A stretch of 64,000 nt of DNA from NCBI GenBank assembly GCA_964016885.1, contig OZ024744.1, forward strand, positions 118,358,001 through 118,422,000, given 5' to 3'. This DNA comes from Eledone cirrhosa (taxonomy: Eukaryota). This document shows, one piece after another, positions 40,701 through 55,700 of this stretch. Numbering within the stretch: the first letter of the stretch is position 1; each line of letters begins with the position of its first letter. The position numbers were made by a program, and so were the translations under genes. Below the pieces are notes generated by a model. It worked only from the letters and a program-made list of their open reading frames with translations. It did not search any database and was not told the origin of the DNA.

Positions 40701-43700
40701 GATAAGGAGATGAGGTACTGAGAGAGGCTGACAGAAGCTCTACTGTCTGGAATGGGAGAGATATATACAGTGATATAGATAAGGAGATGAGGTACTGAGA
40801 GAGGTTGACAGAAGTTCTACTGTCTGGAATGGGAGAGATATATACAGTGATATAGATAAGGAGATGAGGTACTGAGAGAGGCTGACAGAAGCCCTACTGT
40901 CTGGAATGGGAGAGATATATACAGTGATATAGATAAGGAGATGAGGTACTGAGAGAGGCTGACAGAAGCTCTACTGTCTGGAATAGGAGAGATATATACA
41001 GTGATATAGATAAGGAGATGGGGTACTGAGAGAGGCTGACAGAAGTAAAACTGTCTGGAATGGGAGATATATACAGTGATATAGATAAGGAGATGGGGTA
41101 CTGAGAGAGGCTGACAGAAGTAAAACTGTCTGGAATGGGAAATATATACAGTGATATAGATAAGGAGATGGGGTACTGAGAGAGGCTGACAGAAGCTCTA
41201 CTGTCTGGAATGGGAGAGATATATACAGTGATATAGGTAAAGAGATGGGGTACTGGGAGAGGCTGACAGAAGTTCTACTGTCTGGAATGGGAGAGATATA
41301 TACAGTGATATAGATAAGGAGATGAGGTACTGAGAGAGGTTGACAGAAGCTCTACTGTCTGGAATGGGAGAGATATATACAGTGATATAGATAAGGAGAT
41401 GAGGTACTGAGAGAGGCTGACAGCAGCTCTACTGTCTGGAATGGGAGAGATATATACAGTGATATAGATAAGGAGATGAGGTACTGAGAGAGGCTGACAG
41501 AAGCTCTACTGTCTGGAATGGGAGAGATATATACAGTGATATAGATAAGGAGATGAGGTACTGAGAGAGGCTGACAGAAGCTCTTCTGTCTGGAATGGGA
41601 GAGCTATATACAGTGATATAGATAAGGAGATGAGGTACTGAGAGAGGCTGACAGAAGCTCTACTGTCTGGAATGGGAGAAATATATACAGTGATATAGAT
41701 AAGGAGATGAGGTACTGAGAGAGGCTGACAGAAGCTCAACTGTCTGGAATGGGAGAGCTATATACAGTGATATAGATAAGGAGATGAGGTACTGAGAGAG
41801 GCTGACAGAAGCTCTACTGTCTGGAATGGGAGAGATATATACAGTGATATAGATAAGGAGATGAGGTACTGAGAGAGGTTGACAGAAGTTCTACTGTCTG
41901 GAATGGGAGAGATATATACAGTGATATAGATAAGGAGATGAGGTACTGAGAGAGGCTGACAGAAGTTCTACTGTCTGGAATGGGAGAGATATATACAGTG
42001 ATATAGATAAGGAGATGAGGTACTGAGAGAGGCTGACAGAAGTTCTACTGTCTGGAATGGGAGAGATATATACAGTGATATAGATAAGGAGATGGGGTAC
42101 TGAGAGAGGCTGACAGAAGCTCTACTGTCTGGAATGTGAGAGATATATACAGTGATATAGATAAGGAGATGAGGTACTGAGAGAGGCTGACAGAAGTTCT
42201 ACTGTCTGGAATCGGAGAGATATATACAGTGATATAGATAAGGAGATGAGGTACTGAGAGAGGCTGACAGAAGCTCTTCTGTCTGGAATGGGAGAGATAT
42301 ATACAGTGATATAGATAAGGAGATGAGGTACTGAGAGAGGCTGACAGAAGCTCTACTGTCTGGAATGGGAGAGATATATACAGTGATATAGATAAGGAGA
42401 TGAGGTACTGAGAGAGGCTGACAGAAGCTCTACTGTCTGGAATAGGAGAGATATATACAGTGATATAGATAAGGAGATGAGGTACTGAGAGAGGCTGACA
42501 GAAGTTCTACTGTCTGGAATGGGAGAGATATATACAGTGATATAGATAAGGAGATGAGGTACTGAGAGAGGTTGACAGTAGTTCTACTGTCTGGAATGGG
42601 AGAGATATATACAGTGATATAGATAAGGAGATGAGGTACTGAGAGAGGCTGACAGAAGTTCTACTGTCTGGAATGGGAGAGATATATACAGTGATATAGA
42701 TAAGGAGATGAGGTACTGAGAGAGGCTGACAGAAGCTCTTCTGTCTGGAATGGGAGAGCTATATACAGTGATATAGATAAGGAGATGAGGTACTGAGAGA
42801 GGCTGACAGAAGCTCTACTGTCTGGAATGGGAGAGATATATACAGTGATATAGATAAGGAGATGAGGTACTGAGAGAGGCTGACAGAAGCTCTGCTGTCT
42901 GGAATAGGAGAGATATATACAGTGATATAGATAAGGAGATGAGGTACTGAGAGAGGCTGACAGAAGTTCTACTGTCTGGAATGGGAGAGATATATACAGT
43001 GATATAGATAAGGAGATGAGGTACTGAGAGAGGTTGACAGTAGTTCTACTGTCTGGAATGGGAGAGATATATACAGTGATATAGATAAGGAGATGAGGTA
43101 CTGAGAGAGGCTGACAGAAGTTCTACTGTCTGGAATGGGAGAGATATATACAGTGATATAGATAAGGAGATGAGGTACTGAGAGAGGCTGACAGAAGCTC
43201 TACTGTCTGGAATGGGAGAGATATATACAGTGATATAGATAAGGAGATGGGGTACTGAGAGAGGCTGACAGAAGCTCTACTGTCTGGAATGTGAGAGATA
43301 TATACAGTGATATAGATAAGGAGATGAGGTACTGAGAGAGGCTGACAGAAGTTCTACTGTCTGGAATCGGAGAGATATATACAGTGATATAGATAAGGAG
43401 ATGAGGTACTGAGAGAGGCTGACAGAAGCTCTTCTGTCTGGAATGGGAGAGCTATATACAGTGATATAGATAAGGAGATGAGGTACTGAGAGAGGCTGAC
43501 AGAAGCTCTACTGTCTGGAATGGGAGAGATATATACAGTGATATAGATAAGGAGATGAGGTACTGAGAGAGGCTGACAGAAGCTCTACTGTCTGGAATAG
43601 GAGAGATATATACAGTGATATAGATAAGGAGATGAGGTACTGAGAGAGGCTGACAGAAGCTCAACTGTCTGGAATGGGAGAGCTATATACAGTGATATAG

Positions 43701-46700
43701 ATAAGGAGATGAGGTACTGAGAGAGGCTGACAGAAGCTCTACTGTCTGGAATGGGAGATATATATACAGTGATATAGATAAGGAGATGAGGTACTGAGAG
43801 AGGTTGACAGAAATTCTACTCTCTGGAATGGGAGAGATATATACAGTGATATAGATAAGGAGATGAGGTACTGAGAGAGGCTGACAGAAGCTCTACTGTC
43901 TGGAATGGGAGAGATATATACAGTGATATAGATAAGGAGATGAGGTACTGAGAGAGGTTGACAGAAGTTCTACTGTCTGGAATGGGAGAGATATATACAG
44001 TGATATAGATAAGGAGATGAGGTACTGAGAGAGGCTGACAGAAGCCCTACTGTCTGGAATGGGAGAGATATATACAGTGATATAGATAAGGAGATGAGGT
44101 ACTGAGAGAGGCTGACAGAAGCTCTACTGTCTGGAATAGGAGAGATATATACAGTGATATAGATAAGGAGATGGGGTACTGAGAGAGGCTGACAGAAGTA
44201 AAACTGTCTGGAATGGGAGATATATACAGTGATATAGATAAGGAGATGGGGTACTGAGAGAGGCTGACAGAAGTAAAACTGTCTGGAATGGGAAATATAT
44301 ACAGTGATATAGATAAGGAGATGGGGTACTGAGAGAGGCTGACAGAAGCTCTACTGTCTGGAATGGGAGAGATATATACAGTGATATAGGTAAAGAGATG
44401 GGGTACTGGGAGAGGCTGACAGAAGTTCTACTGTCTGGAATGGGAGAGATATATACAGTGATATAGATAAGGAGATGAGGTACTGAGAGAGGTTGACAGA
44501 AGCTCTACTGTCTGGAATGGGAGAGATATATACAGTGATATAGATAAGGAGATGAGGTACTGAGAGAGGCTGACAGCAGCTCTACTGTCTGGAATGGGAG
44601 AGATATATACAGTGATATAGATAAGGAGATGAGGTACTGAGAGAGGCTGACAGAAGCTCTACTGTCTGGAATGGGAGAGATATATACAGTGATATAGATA
44701 AGGAGATGAGGTACTGAGAGAGGCTGACAGAAGCTCTTCTGTCTGGAATGGGAGAGCTATATACAGTGATATAGATAAGGAGATGAGGTACTGAGAGAGG
44801 CTGACAGAAGCTCTACTGTCTGGAATGGGAGAAATATATACAGTGATATAGATAAGGAGATGAGGTACTGAGAGAGGCTGACAGAAGCTCAACTGTCTGG
44901 AATGGGAGAGCTATATACAGTGATATAGATAAGGAGATGAGGTACTGAGAGAGGCTGACAGAAGCTCTACTGTCTGGAATGGGAGAGATATATACAGTGA
45001 TATAGATAAGGAGATGAGGTACTGAGAGAGGTTGACAGAAGTTCTACTGTCTGGAATGGGAGAGATATATACAGTGATATAGATAAGGAGATGAGGTACT
45101 GAGAGAGGCTGACAGAAGTTCTACTGTCTGGAATGGGAGAGATATATACAGTGATATAGATAAGGAGATGAGGTACTGAGAGAGGCTGACAGAAGTTCTA
45201 CTGTCTGGAATGGGAGAGATATATACAGTGATATAGATAAGAAGATGAGGTACTGAGAGAGGTTGACAGTAGTTCTACTGTCTGGAATGGGAGAGATATA
45301 TACAGTGATATAGATAAGGAGATGAGGTACTGAGAGAGGCTGACAGAAGTTCTACTGTCTGGAATGGGAGAGATATATACAGTGATATAGATAAGGAGAT
45401 GAGGTACTGAGAGAGGCTGACAGAAGCTCTACTGTCTGGAATGGGAGAGATATATACAGTGATATAGATAAGGAGATGGGGTACTGAGAGAGGCTGACAG
45501 AAGCTCTACTGTCTGGAATGTGAGAGATATATACAGTGATATAGATAAGGAGATGAGGTACTGAGAGAGGCTGACAGAAGTTCTACTGTCTGGAATCGGA
45601 GAGATATATACAGTGATATAGATAAGGAGATGAGGTACTGAGAGAGGCTGACAGAAGCTCTTCTGTCTGGAATGGGAGAGCTATATACAGTGATATAGAT
45701 AAGGAGATGAGGTACTGAGAGAGGCTGACAGAAGCTCTACTGTCTGGAATGGGAGAGATATATACAGTGATATAGATAAGGAGATGAGGTACTGAGAGAG
45801 GCTGACAGAAGCTCTACTGTCTGGAATAGGAGAGATATATACAGTGATATAGATAAGGAGATGAGGTACTGAGAGAGGCTGACAGAAGCTCAACTGTCTG
45901 GAATGGGAGAGCTATATACAGTGATATAGATAAGGAGATGAGGTACTGAGAGAGGCTGACAGAAGCTCTACTGTCTGGAATGGGAGAGATATATACAGTG
46001 ATATAGATAAGGAGATGAGGTACTGAGAGAGGTTGACAGAAGTTCTACTGTCTGGAATGGGAGAGATATATACAGTGATATAGATAAGGAGATGAGGTAC
46101 TGAGAGAGGCTGACAGAAGCTCTACTGTCTGGAATGGGAGAGATATATACAGTGATATAGATAAGGAGATGAGGTACTGAGAGAGGTTGACAGAAGTTCT
46201 ACTGTCTGGAATGGGAGAGATATATACAGTGATATAGATAAGGAGATGAGGTACTGAGAGAGGCTGACAGAAGCCCTACTGTCTGGAATGGGAGAGATAT
46301 ATACAGTGATATAGATAAGGAGATGAGGTACTGAGAGAGGCTGACAGAAGCTCTACTGTCTGGAATGGGAGAGATATATACAGTGATATAGATAAGGAGA
46401 TGGGGTACTGAGAGAGGCTGACAGAAGTAAAACTGTCTGGAATGGGAGATATATACAGTGATATAGATAAGGAGATGGGGTACTGAGAGAGGCTGAGAGA
46501 AGTAAAACTGTCTGGAATGGGAGATATATACAGTGATATAGATAAGGAGATGGGGTACTGAGAGAGGCTGACAGAAGCTCTACTGTCTGGAATGGGAGAG
46601 ATATATACAGTGATATAGGTAAAGAGATGGGGTACTGGGAGAGGCTGACAGAACTTCTACTGTCTGGAATGGGAGAGATATATACAGTGATATAGATAAG

Positions 46701-49700
46701 GAGATGAGGTGCTGAGAGAGGTTGACAGAAGCTCTACTGTCTGGAATGGGAGAGATATATACAGTGATATAGATAAGGAGATGAGGTACTGAGAGAGGCT
46801 GACAGCAGCTCTACTGTCTGGAATGGGAGAGATATATACAGTGATATAGATAAGGAGATGAGGTACTGAGAGATGCTGACAGAAGCTCTACTGTCTGGAA
46901 TGGGAGAGATATATACAGTGATATAGATAAGGAGATGAGGTACTGAGAGAGGCTGACAGAAGCTCTACTGTCTGGAATGGGAGAGCTATATACAGTGATA
47001 TAGATAAGGAGATGGGGTATTGAGAGAGGCTGACAGAAGCTCTACTGTCTGGAATGGGAGAGATATATACAGTGATATAGATAAGATGAGGTACTGAGAG
47101 AGGCTGACAGAAGTTCTACTGTCTGGAATGGGAGAGATATATACAGTGATATAGATAAGGAGATGAGGTACTGAGAGAGGCTGACAGAAGCTCTACTGTC
47201 TGGAATGGGAGAGATATATACAGTGATATAGATAAGGAGATGAGGTACTGAGAGAGGCTGACAGAAGCTCTACTGTCTGGAATGGGAGAGATATATACAG
47301 TGATATAGATAAGGAGATGAGGTACTGAGAGAGGCTGACAGAAGTTCTACTGTCTGGAATCGGAGAGATATATACAGTGATATAGATAAGGAGATGAGGT
47401 ACTGAGAGAGGCTGACAGAAGCTCTTCTGTCTGGAATGGGAGAGCTATATACAGTGATATAGATAAGGAGATGAGGTACTGAGAGAGGCTGACAGAAGCT
47501 CTACTGTCTGGAATGGGAGAAATATATACAGTGATATAGATAAGGAGATGAGGTACTGAGAGAGGCTGACAGAAGCTCAACTGTCTGGAATGGGAAAGCT
47601 ATATACAGTGATATAGATAAGGAGATGAGGTACTGAGAGAGGCTGACAGAAGCTCTACTGTCTGGAATGGGAGAGATATATACAGTGATATAGATAAGGA
47701 GATGAGGTACTGAGAGAGGTTGACAGAAGTTCTACTGTCTGGAATGGGAGAGATATATACAGTGATATAGATAAGGAGATGAGGTACTGAGAGAGGCTGA
47801 CAGAAGCTCTACTGTCTGGAATGGGAGAAATATATACAGTGATATAGATAAGGAGATGAGGTACTGAGAGAGGCTGACAGAAGCTCAACTGTCTGGAATG
47901 GGAGAGCTATATACAGTGATATAGATAAGGAGATGAGGTACTGAGAGAGGCTGACAGAAGCTCAACTGTCTGGAATGGGAGAGATATATACAGTGATATA
48001 GATAAGGAGATGAGGTACTGAGAGAGGTTGACAGAAGTTCTACTGTCTGGAATGGGAGAGATATATACAGTGATATAGATAAGGAGATGAGGTACTGAGA
48101 GAGGCTGACAGAAGCTCTACTGTCTGGAATGGGAGAGATATATACAGTGATATAGATAAGGGGATGGGGTACTGAGAGAGGTTGACAGAAGTTCTACTGT
48201 CTGGAATGGGAGAGATATATACAGTGATATAGATAAGGAGATGAGGTACTGAGAGAGGCTGACAGAAGCCCTACTGTCTGGAATGGGAGAGATATATACA
48301 GTGATATAGATAAGGAGATGAGGTACTGAGAGAGGCTGACAGAAGCCCTACTGTCTGGAATGGGAGAGATATATACAGTGATATAGATAAGGAGATGAGG
48401 TACTGAGAGAGGCTGACAGAAGCCCTACTGTCTGGAATGGGAGAGATATATACAGTGATATAGATAAGGAGATGAGGTACTGAGAGAGGCTGACAGAAGC
48501 TCTACTGTCTGGAATGGGAGAGATATATACAGTGATATAGATAAGGAGATGAGGTACTGAGAGAGGCTGACAGAAGCTCTACTGTCTGGAATGGGAGAGA
48601 TATATACAGTGATATAGATAAGGAGATGAGGTACTGAGAGAGGCTGACAGAAGCTCTCCTGTCTGGAATGGGAGAGATATATACAGTGATATAGATAAGG
48701 AGATGAGGTACTGAGAGAAGCTGACAGAAGCTCTACTGTCTGGAATGGGAGAGATATATACAGTGATATAGATAAGGAGATGAGGTACTGAGAGAGGCTG
48801 ACAGAAGCTCTACTGTCTGGAATGGGAGAGATATATACAGTGATATAGATAAGGAGATGAGGTACTGAGAGAGGCTGACAGAAGCCCTACTGTCTGGAAT
48901 GGGAGAGATATATACAGTGATATAGATAAGGAGATGGGGTACTGAGAGAGGTTGACAGTAGCTCTACTGTCTGGAATGGGAGAGATATATACAGTGATAT
49001 AGATAAGGAGATGAGGTACTGAGAGAGGTTGACAGAAGTTCTACTGTCTGGAATGGGAGAGATATATACAGTGATATAGATAAGGAGATGGGGTAGTGAG
49101 AGAGGCTGACAGAAGCCCTACTGTCTGGAATGGGAGAGATATATACAGTGATATAGATAAGGAGATGAGGTACTGAGAGAGGTTGACAGAAGCTCTACTG
49201 TCTGGAATGGGAGAGATATATACAGTGATATAGATAAGGAGATGAGGTACTGAGAGAGGCTGACAGAAGCTCTACTGTCTGGAATGGGAGAGATATATAC
49301 AGTGATATAGATAAGGAGATGAGGTACTGAGAGAGGCTGACAGAAGCTCTACTGTCTGGAATGGGAGAGATATATACAGTGATATAGATAAGGAGATGAG
49401 GTACTGAGAGAGGTTGACAGAAGCTCTTCTGTCTGGAATGGGAGAGATATATACAGTGATATAGATAAGGAGATGGGGTACTGAGAGAGGCTGACAGAAG
49501 CTCTACTGTCTGGAATGGGAGAGATATATAGTGATATAGATAAGGAGATGAGGTACTGAGAGAGGCTGACAGAAGCTCTACTGTCTGGAATGGGATAGAT
49601 ATATACAGTGATATAGATAAGGAGATGAGGTACTGAGAGAGGCTGACAGAAGTTCTACTGTCTGGAATGGGAGAGATATATACAGTGATATAGATAAGGA

Positions 49701-52700
49701 GATGAGGTACTGAGAGAGGCTGACAGAAGTTCTACTGTCTGGAATGGGAGAGATATATACAGTGATATAGATAAGGAGATGAGGTACTGAGAGAGGCTGA
49801 CAGAAGCTCTTCTGTCTGGAATGGGAGAGCTATATACAGTGATATAGATAAGGAGATGAGGTACTGAGAGAGGCTGACAGAAGCTCTACTGTCTGGAATG
49901 GGAGAGATATATACAGTGATATAGATAAGGAGATGAGGTACTGAGAGAGGCTGACAGAAGCTCTACTGTCTGGAATGGGAGAGATATATACAGTGATATA
50001 GATAAGGAGATGAGGTACTGAGAGAGGCTGACAGAAGCCCTACTGTCTGGAATGGGAGAGATATATACAGTGATATAGATAAGGAGATGAGGTACTGAGC
50101 GAGGTTGACAGAAGCCCTACTGTCTGGAATGGGAGAGATATATACAGTGATATAGATAAGATGAGGTACTGAGAGAGGCTGACAGAAGTGCTACTGTCTG
50201 GAATGGGAGAGATATATACAGTGATATAGATAAGGAGATGAGGTACTGAGAGAGGCTGACAGAAGCTCTACTGTCTGGAATGGGAGAGATATATACAGTG
50301 ATAGAGATAAGGAGATGAGGTACTGAGAGAGGCTGACAGAAGTTCTACTGTCTGGAATGGGAGAGATATATACAGTGATATAGATAAGTAGATGAGGTAC
50401 TGAGAGAGGCTGACAGAAGTGCTACTGTCTGGAATGGGAGAGATATATACAGTGATATAGATAAGGAGATGAGGTACTGAGAGAGGTTGACAGAAGCTCT
50501 ACTGTCTGGAATGGGAGAGATATATACAGTGATATAGATAAGGAGATGAGGTACTTAGAGAAGCTGACAGAAGCTCTACTGTCTGGAATTGGAGAGAAAT
50601 ATAAAGTGATGTAGATAAGGAGATGAGGTACTGAGAGAGGCTGACAGAAGCTCTACTGTCTGGAATGGGAGAGAGATATACAGTGATATAGATAAGATGA
50701 GGTACTGAGAGAAGTTGACAGAAGCTCTACTGTCTGGAATGGGAGAGATATATACAGTGATATAGATAAGGAGATGAGGTACTGAGAGAGGCTGACAGAA
50801 GCTCTACTGTCTGGAATGGGAGAGATATATACAGTGATATAGATAAGGAGATGAGGTACTGAGAGAGGCTGACAGAAGCTCTACTGTCTGGAATGGGAGA
50901 GAGATATACAGTGATATAGATAAGATGAGGTACTGAGAGAAGTTGACAGAAGTTCTACTGTCTGGAATGGAAGAGATATATACAGTGATATAGATAAAGA
51001 GATGAGCTACTGAGAGAAGCTGACAGAAGCTCTACTGTCTGGAATGGGAGAGATATATACAGTGATATAGATAAGGAGATGAGGTACTGAGAGAGGCTGA
51101 CAGAAGCTCTACTGTCTGGAATGGGAGAGCTATATACAGTGATATAGATAAAGAGATGAGGTACTGAGAGAGGTTGACAGCAGCTCTACTGTCTGGAATG
51201 GGAGAGCTATATACAGTGATATAGATAAGGAGATGAGGTACTGAGAGAGGCTGACAGAAGTGCAACTGTCTGGAATGGGAGAGATATATACAGTGATATA
51301 GATAAGGAGATGAGGTACTGAGAGAGGCTGACAGAAGTGCAACTGTCTGGAATGGGAGAGATATATACAGTGATATAGATAAGGAGATGAGGTACTGAGA
51401 GAGGCTGACATAAGTGCAACTGTCTGGAATGGGAGAGATATATACAGTGATATAAATAAGGAGATGAGGTACTGAGAGAGGCTGACAGAAGCTCTACTGT
51501 CTGGAATGGGAGAGATATATACAGTGATATAGATAAGGAGATGAGGTACTGAGAGAGGCTGACAGAAGCTCTACTGTCTGGAATGGGAGAGCTATATACA
51601 GTGATATAGATAAGGAGATGAGGTACTGAGAGAAGCTGACAGAAGCTCTACTGTCTGGAATGGGAGAGATATATACAGTGATATAGATAAGGAGATGAGG
51701 TACTGAGAGAGGCTGACAGAAGCTCTACTGTCTGGAATGGGAGAGATATTTACAGTGATATAGATAAGGAGATGAGGTACTGAGAGAGGCTGACAGAAGC
51801 TCTACTGTCTGGAATGTGAGAGATATATACAGTGATATAGATAAGGAGATGAGGTACTGAGAGAGGCTGACAGAAGCTCTACTGTCTGGAATGTGAGAGA
51901 TATATACAGTGATATAGATAAGGAGATGAGGTACTGAGAGAGGCTGACAGAAGCTCTACTGTCTGGAATGGGAGAGATATATACAGTGATATAGATAAAG
52001 AGATGAGGTACTGAGAGAGGCTGACAGAAGCTCTACTGTCTGGAATGTGAGAGATATATACAGTGATATAGATAAGGAGATGAGGTACTGAGAGAGGCTG
52101 ACAGAAGCTCTACTGTCTGGAATGGGAGAGATATATACAGTGATATAGATAAAGAGATGAGGTACTGAGAGAGGCTGACAGAAGCTCTACTGTCTGGAAT
52201 GGGAGAGATATATGCAGTGATATAGATAAGGAGATGAGGTACTGAGAGAGGCTGACAGAAGCTCTACTGTCTGGAATGGGAGAGATATATACAGTGATAT
52301 AGATAAGGAGATGAGGTACTGAGAGAGGCTGACAGAAGCTCTACTGTCTGGAATGGGAGAGATATATACAGTGATATAGATAAGGAGATGAAGTACTGAG
52401 AGAGGTTGACAGAAGCTGTACTGTCTGGAATGGGAGAGATATATACAGTGATATAGATAAGGAGATGAGGTACTGAGAGAGGCTGACAGAAGCTCTACTG
52501 TCTGGAATGGGAGAGATATATACAGTGATATAGATAAAGAGATGAGGTACTGAGAGAGGCTGACAGAAGCTCTACTGTCTGGAATGGGAGAGATATATAC
52601 AGTGATATAGATAAGGAGATGAGGTACTGAGAGAGGCTGACAGAAGCTCTACTGTCTGGAATGGGAGAGATATATAGTGATATAGATAAGGAGATGAGGT

Positions 52701-55700
52701 ACTGAGAGAGGCTGACAGAAGCTCTACTGTCTGGAATGGGATAGATATATACAGTGATATAGATAAGGAGATGAGGTACTGAGAGAGGCTGACAGAAGTT
52801 CTACTGTCTGGAATGGGAGAGATATATACAGTGATATAGATAAGGAGATGAGGTACTGAGAGAGGCTGACAGAAGTTCTACTGTCTGGAATGGGAGAGAT
52901 ATATACAGTGATATAGATAAGGAGATGAGGTACTGAGAGAGGCTGACAGAAGCTCTTCTGTCTGGAATGGGAGAGCTATATACAGTGATATAGATAAGGA
53001 GATGAGGTACTGAGAGAGGCTGACAGAAGCTCTACTGTCTGGAATGGGAGAGATATATACAGTGATATAGATAAGGAGATGAGGTACTGAGAGAGGCTGA
53101 CAGAAGCTCTACTGTCTGGAATGGGAGAGATATATACAGTGATATAGATAAGGAGATAGGGTAGTGAGATAGGCTGACAGAAGCCCTACTGTCTGGAATG
53201 GGAGAGATATATACAGTGATATAGATAAGGAGATGAGGTACTGAGCGAGGTTGACAGAAGCCCTACTGTCTGGAATGGGAGAGATATATACAGTGATATA
53301 GATAAGATGAGGTACTGAGAGAGGCTGACAGAAGCTCTACCGTCTGGAATGGGAGAGATATATACAGTGATATAGATAAGGAGATGAGGGACTGAGAGAG
53401 GCTGACAGAAGCTCTACTGTCTGGAATGGGAGAGATATATACAGTGATATAGATAAGTAGATGAGGTACTGAGAGAGGCTGACAGAAGTGCTACTGTCTG
53501 GAATGGGAGAGATATATACAGTGATATAGATAAGGAGATGAGGTACTGAGAGAGGCTGACAGAAGCCCTACTGTCTGGAATGGGAGAGATATATACAGTG
53601 ATAGAGATAAGGAGATGAGGTACTGAGAGAGGCTGACAGAAGTTCTACTGTCTGGAATGGGAGAGATATATACAGTGATATAGATAAGTAGATGAGGTAC
53701 TGAGAGAGGCTGACAGAAGTGCTACTGTCTGGAATGGGAGAGATATATACAGTGATATAGATAAGGAGATGAGGTACTGAGAGAGGTTGACAGAAGCTCT
53801 ACTGTCTGGAATGGGAGAGATATATACAGTGATATAGATAAGGAGATGAGGTACTTAGAGAAGCTGACAGAAGCTCTACTGTCTGGAATTGGAGAGAAAT
53901 ATAAAGTGATGTAGATAAGGAGATGAGGTACTGAGAGAGGCTGACAGAAGCTCTACTGTCTGGAATGGGAGAGAGATATACAGTGATATAGATAAGATGA
54001 GGTACTGAGAGAAGTTGACAGAAGCTCTACTGTCTGGAATGGGAGAGATATATACAGTGATATAGATAAGGAGATGAGGTACTGAGAGAGGCTGACAGAA
54101 GCTCTACTGTCTGGAATGGGAGAGATATATACAGTGATATAGATAAGGAGATGAGGTACTGAGAGAGGCTGACAGAAGCTCTACTGTCTGGAATGGGAGA
54201 GAGATATACAGTGATATAGATAAGATGAGGTACTGAGAGAAGTTGACAGAAGTTCTACTGTCTGGAATGGAAGAGATATATACAGTGATATAGATAAAGA
54301 GATGAGCTACTGAGAGAGGCTGACAGAAGCTCTACTGTCTGGAATGGGAGAGATATATACAGTGATATAGATAAGGAGATGAGGTACTGAGAGAGGCTGA
54401 CAGAAGCTCTACTGTCTGGAATGGGAGAGCTATATACAGTGATATAGATAAAGAGATGAGGTACTGAGAGAGGTTGACAGCAGCTCTACTGTCTGGAATG
54501 GGAGAGCTATATACAGTGATATAGATAAGGAGATGAGGTACTGAGAGAGGCTGACAGAAGTGCAACTGTCTGGAATGGGAGAGATATATACAGTGATATA
54601 GATAAGGAGATGAGGTACTGAGAGAGGCTGACAGAAGTGCAACTGTCTGGAATGGGAGAGATATATACAGTGATATAGATAAGGAGATGAGGTACTGAGA
54701 GAGGCTGACATAAGTGCAACTGTCTGGAATGGGAGAGATATATACAGTGATATAAATAAGGAGATGAGGTACTGAGAGAGGCTGACAGAAGCTCTACTGT
54801 CTGGAATGGGAGAGATATATACAGTGATATAGATAAGGAGATGAGGTACTGAGAGAGGCTGACAGAAGCTCTACTGTCTGGAATGGGAGAGCTATATACA
54901 GTGATATAGATAAGGAGATGAGCTACTGAGAGAAGCTGACAGAAGCTCTACTGTCTGGAATGGGAGAGATATATACAGTGATATAGATAAGGAGATGAGG
55001 TACTGAGAGAGGCTGACAGAAGCTCTACTGTCTGGATTGGGAGAGATATTTACAGTGATATAGATAAGGAGATGAGGTACTGAGAGAGGCTGACAGAAGC
55101 TCTACTGTCTGGAATGTGAGAGATATATACAGTGATATAGATAAGGAGATGAGGTACTGAGAGAGGCTGACAGAAGCTCTACTGTCTGGAATGTGAGAGA
55201 TATATACAGTGATATAGATAAGGAGATGAGGTACTGAGAGAGGCTGACAGAAGCTCTACTGTCTGGAATGGGAGAGATATATACAGTGATATAGATAAAG
55301 AGATGAGGTACTGAGAGAGGCTGACAGAAGCTCTACTGTCTGGAATGTGAGAGATATATACAGTGATATAGATAAGGAGATGAGGTACTGAGAGAGGCTG
55401 ACAGAAGCTCTACTGTCTGGAATGGGAGAGATATATACAGTGATATAGATAAAGAGATGAGGTACTGAGAGAGGCTGACAGAAGCTCTACTGTCTGGAAT
55501 GGGAGAGATATATACAGTGATATAGATAAGGAGATGAGGTACTGAGAGAGGCTGACAGAAGCTCTACTGTCTGGAATGGGAGAGATATATACAGTGATAT
55601 AGATAAGGAGATGAGGTACTGAGAGAGGCTGACAGAAGCTCTACTGTCTGGAATGGGAGAGATATATACAGTGATATAGATAAGGAGATGAAGTACTGAG

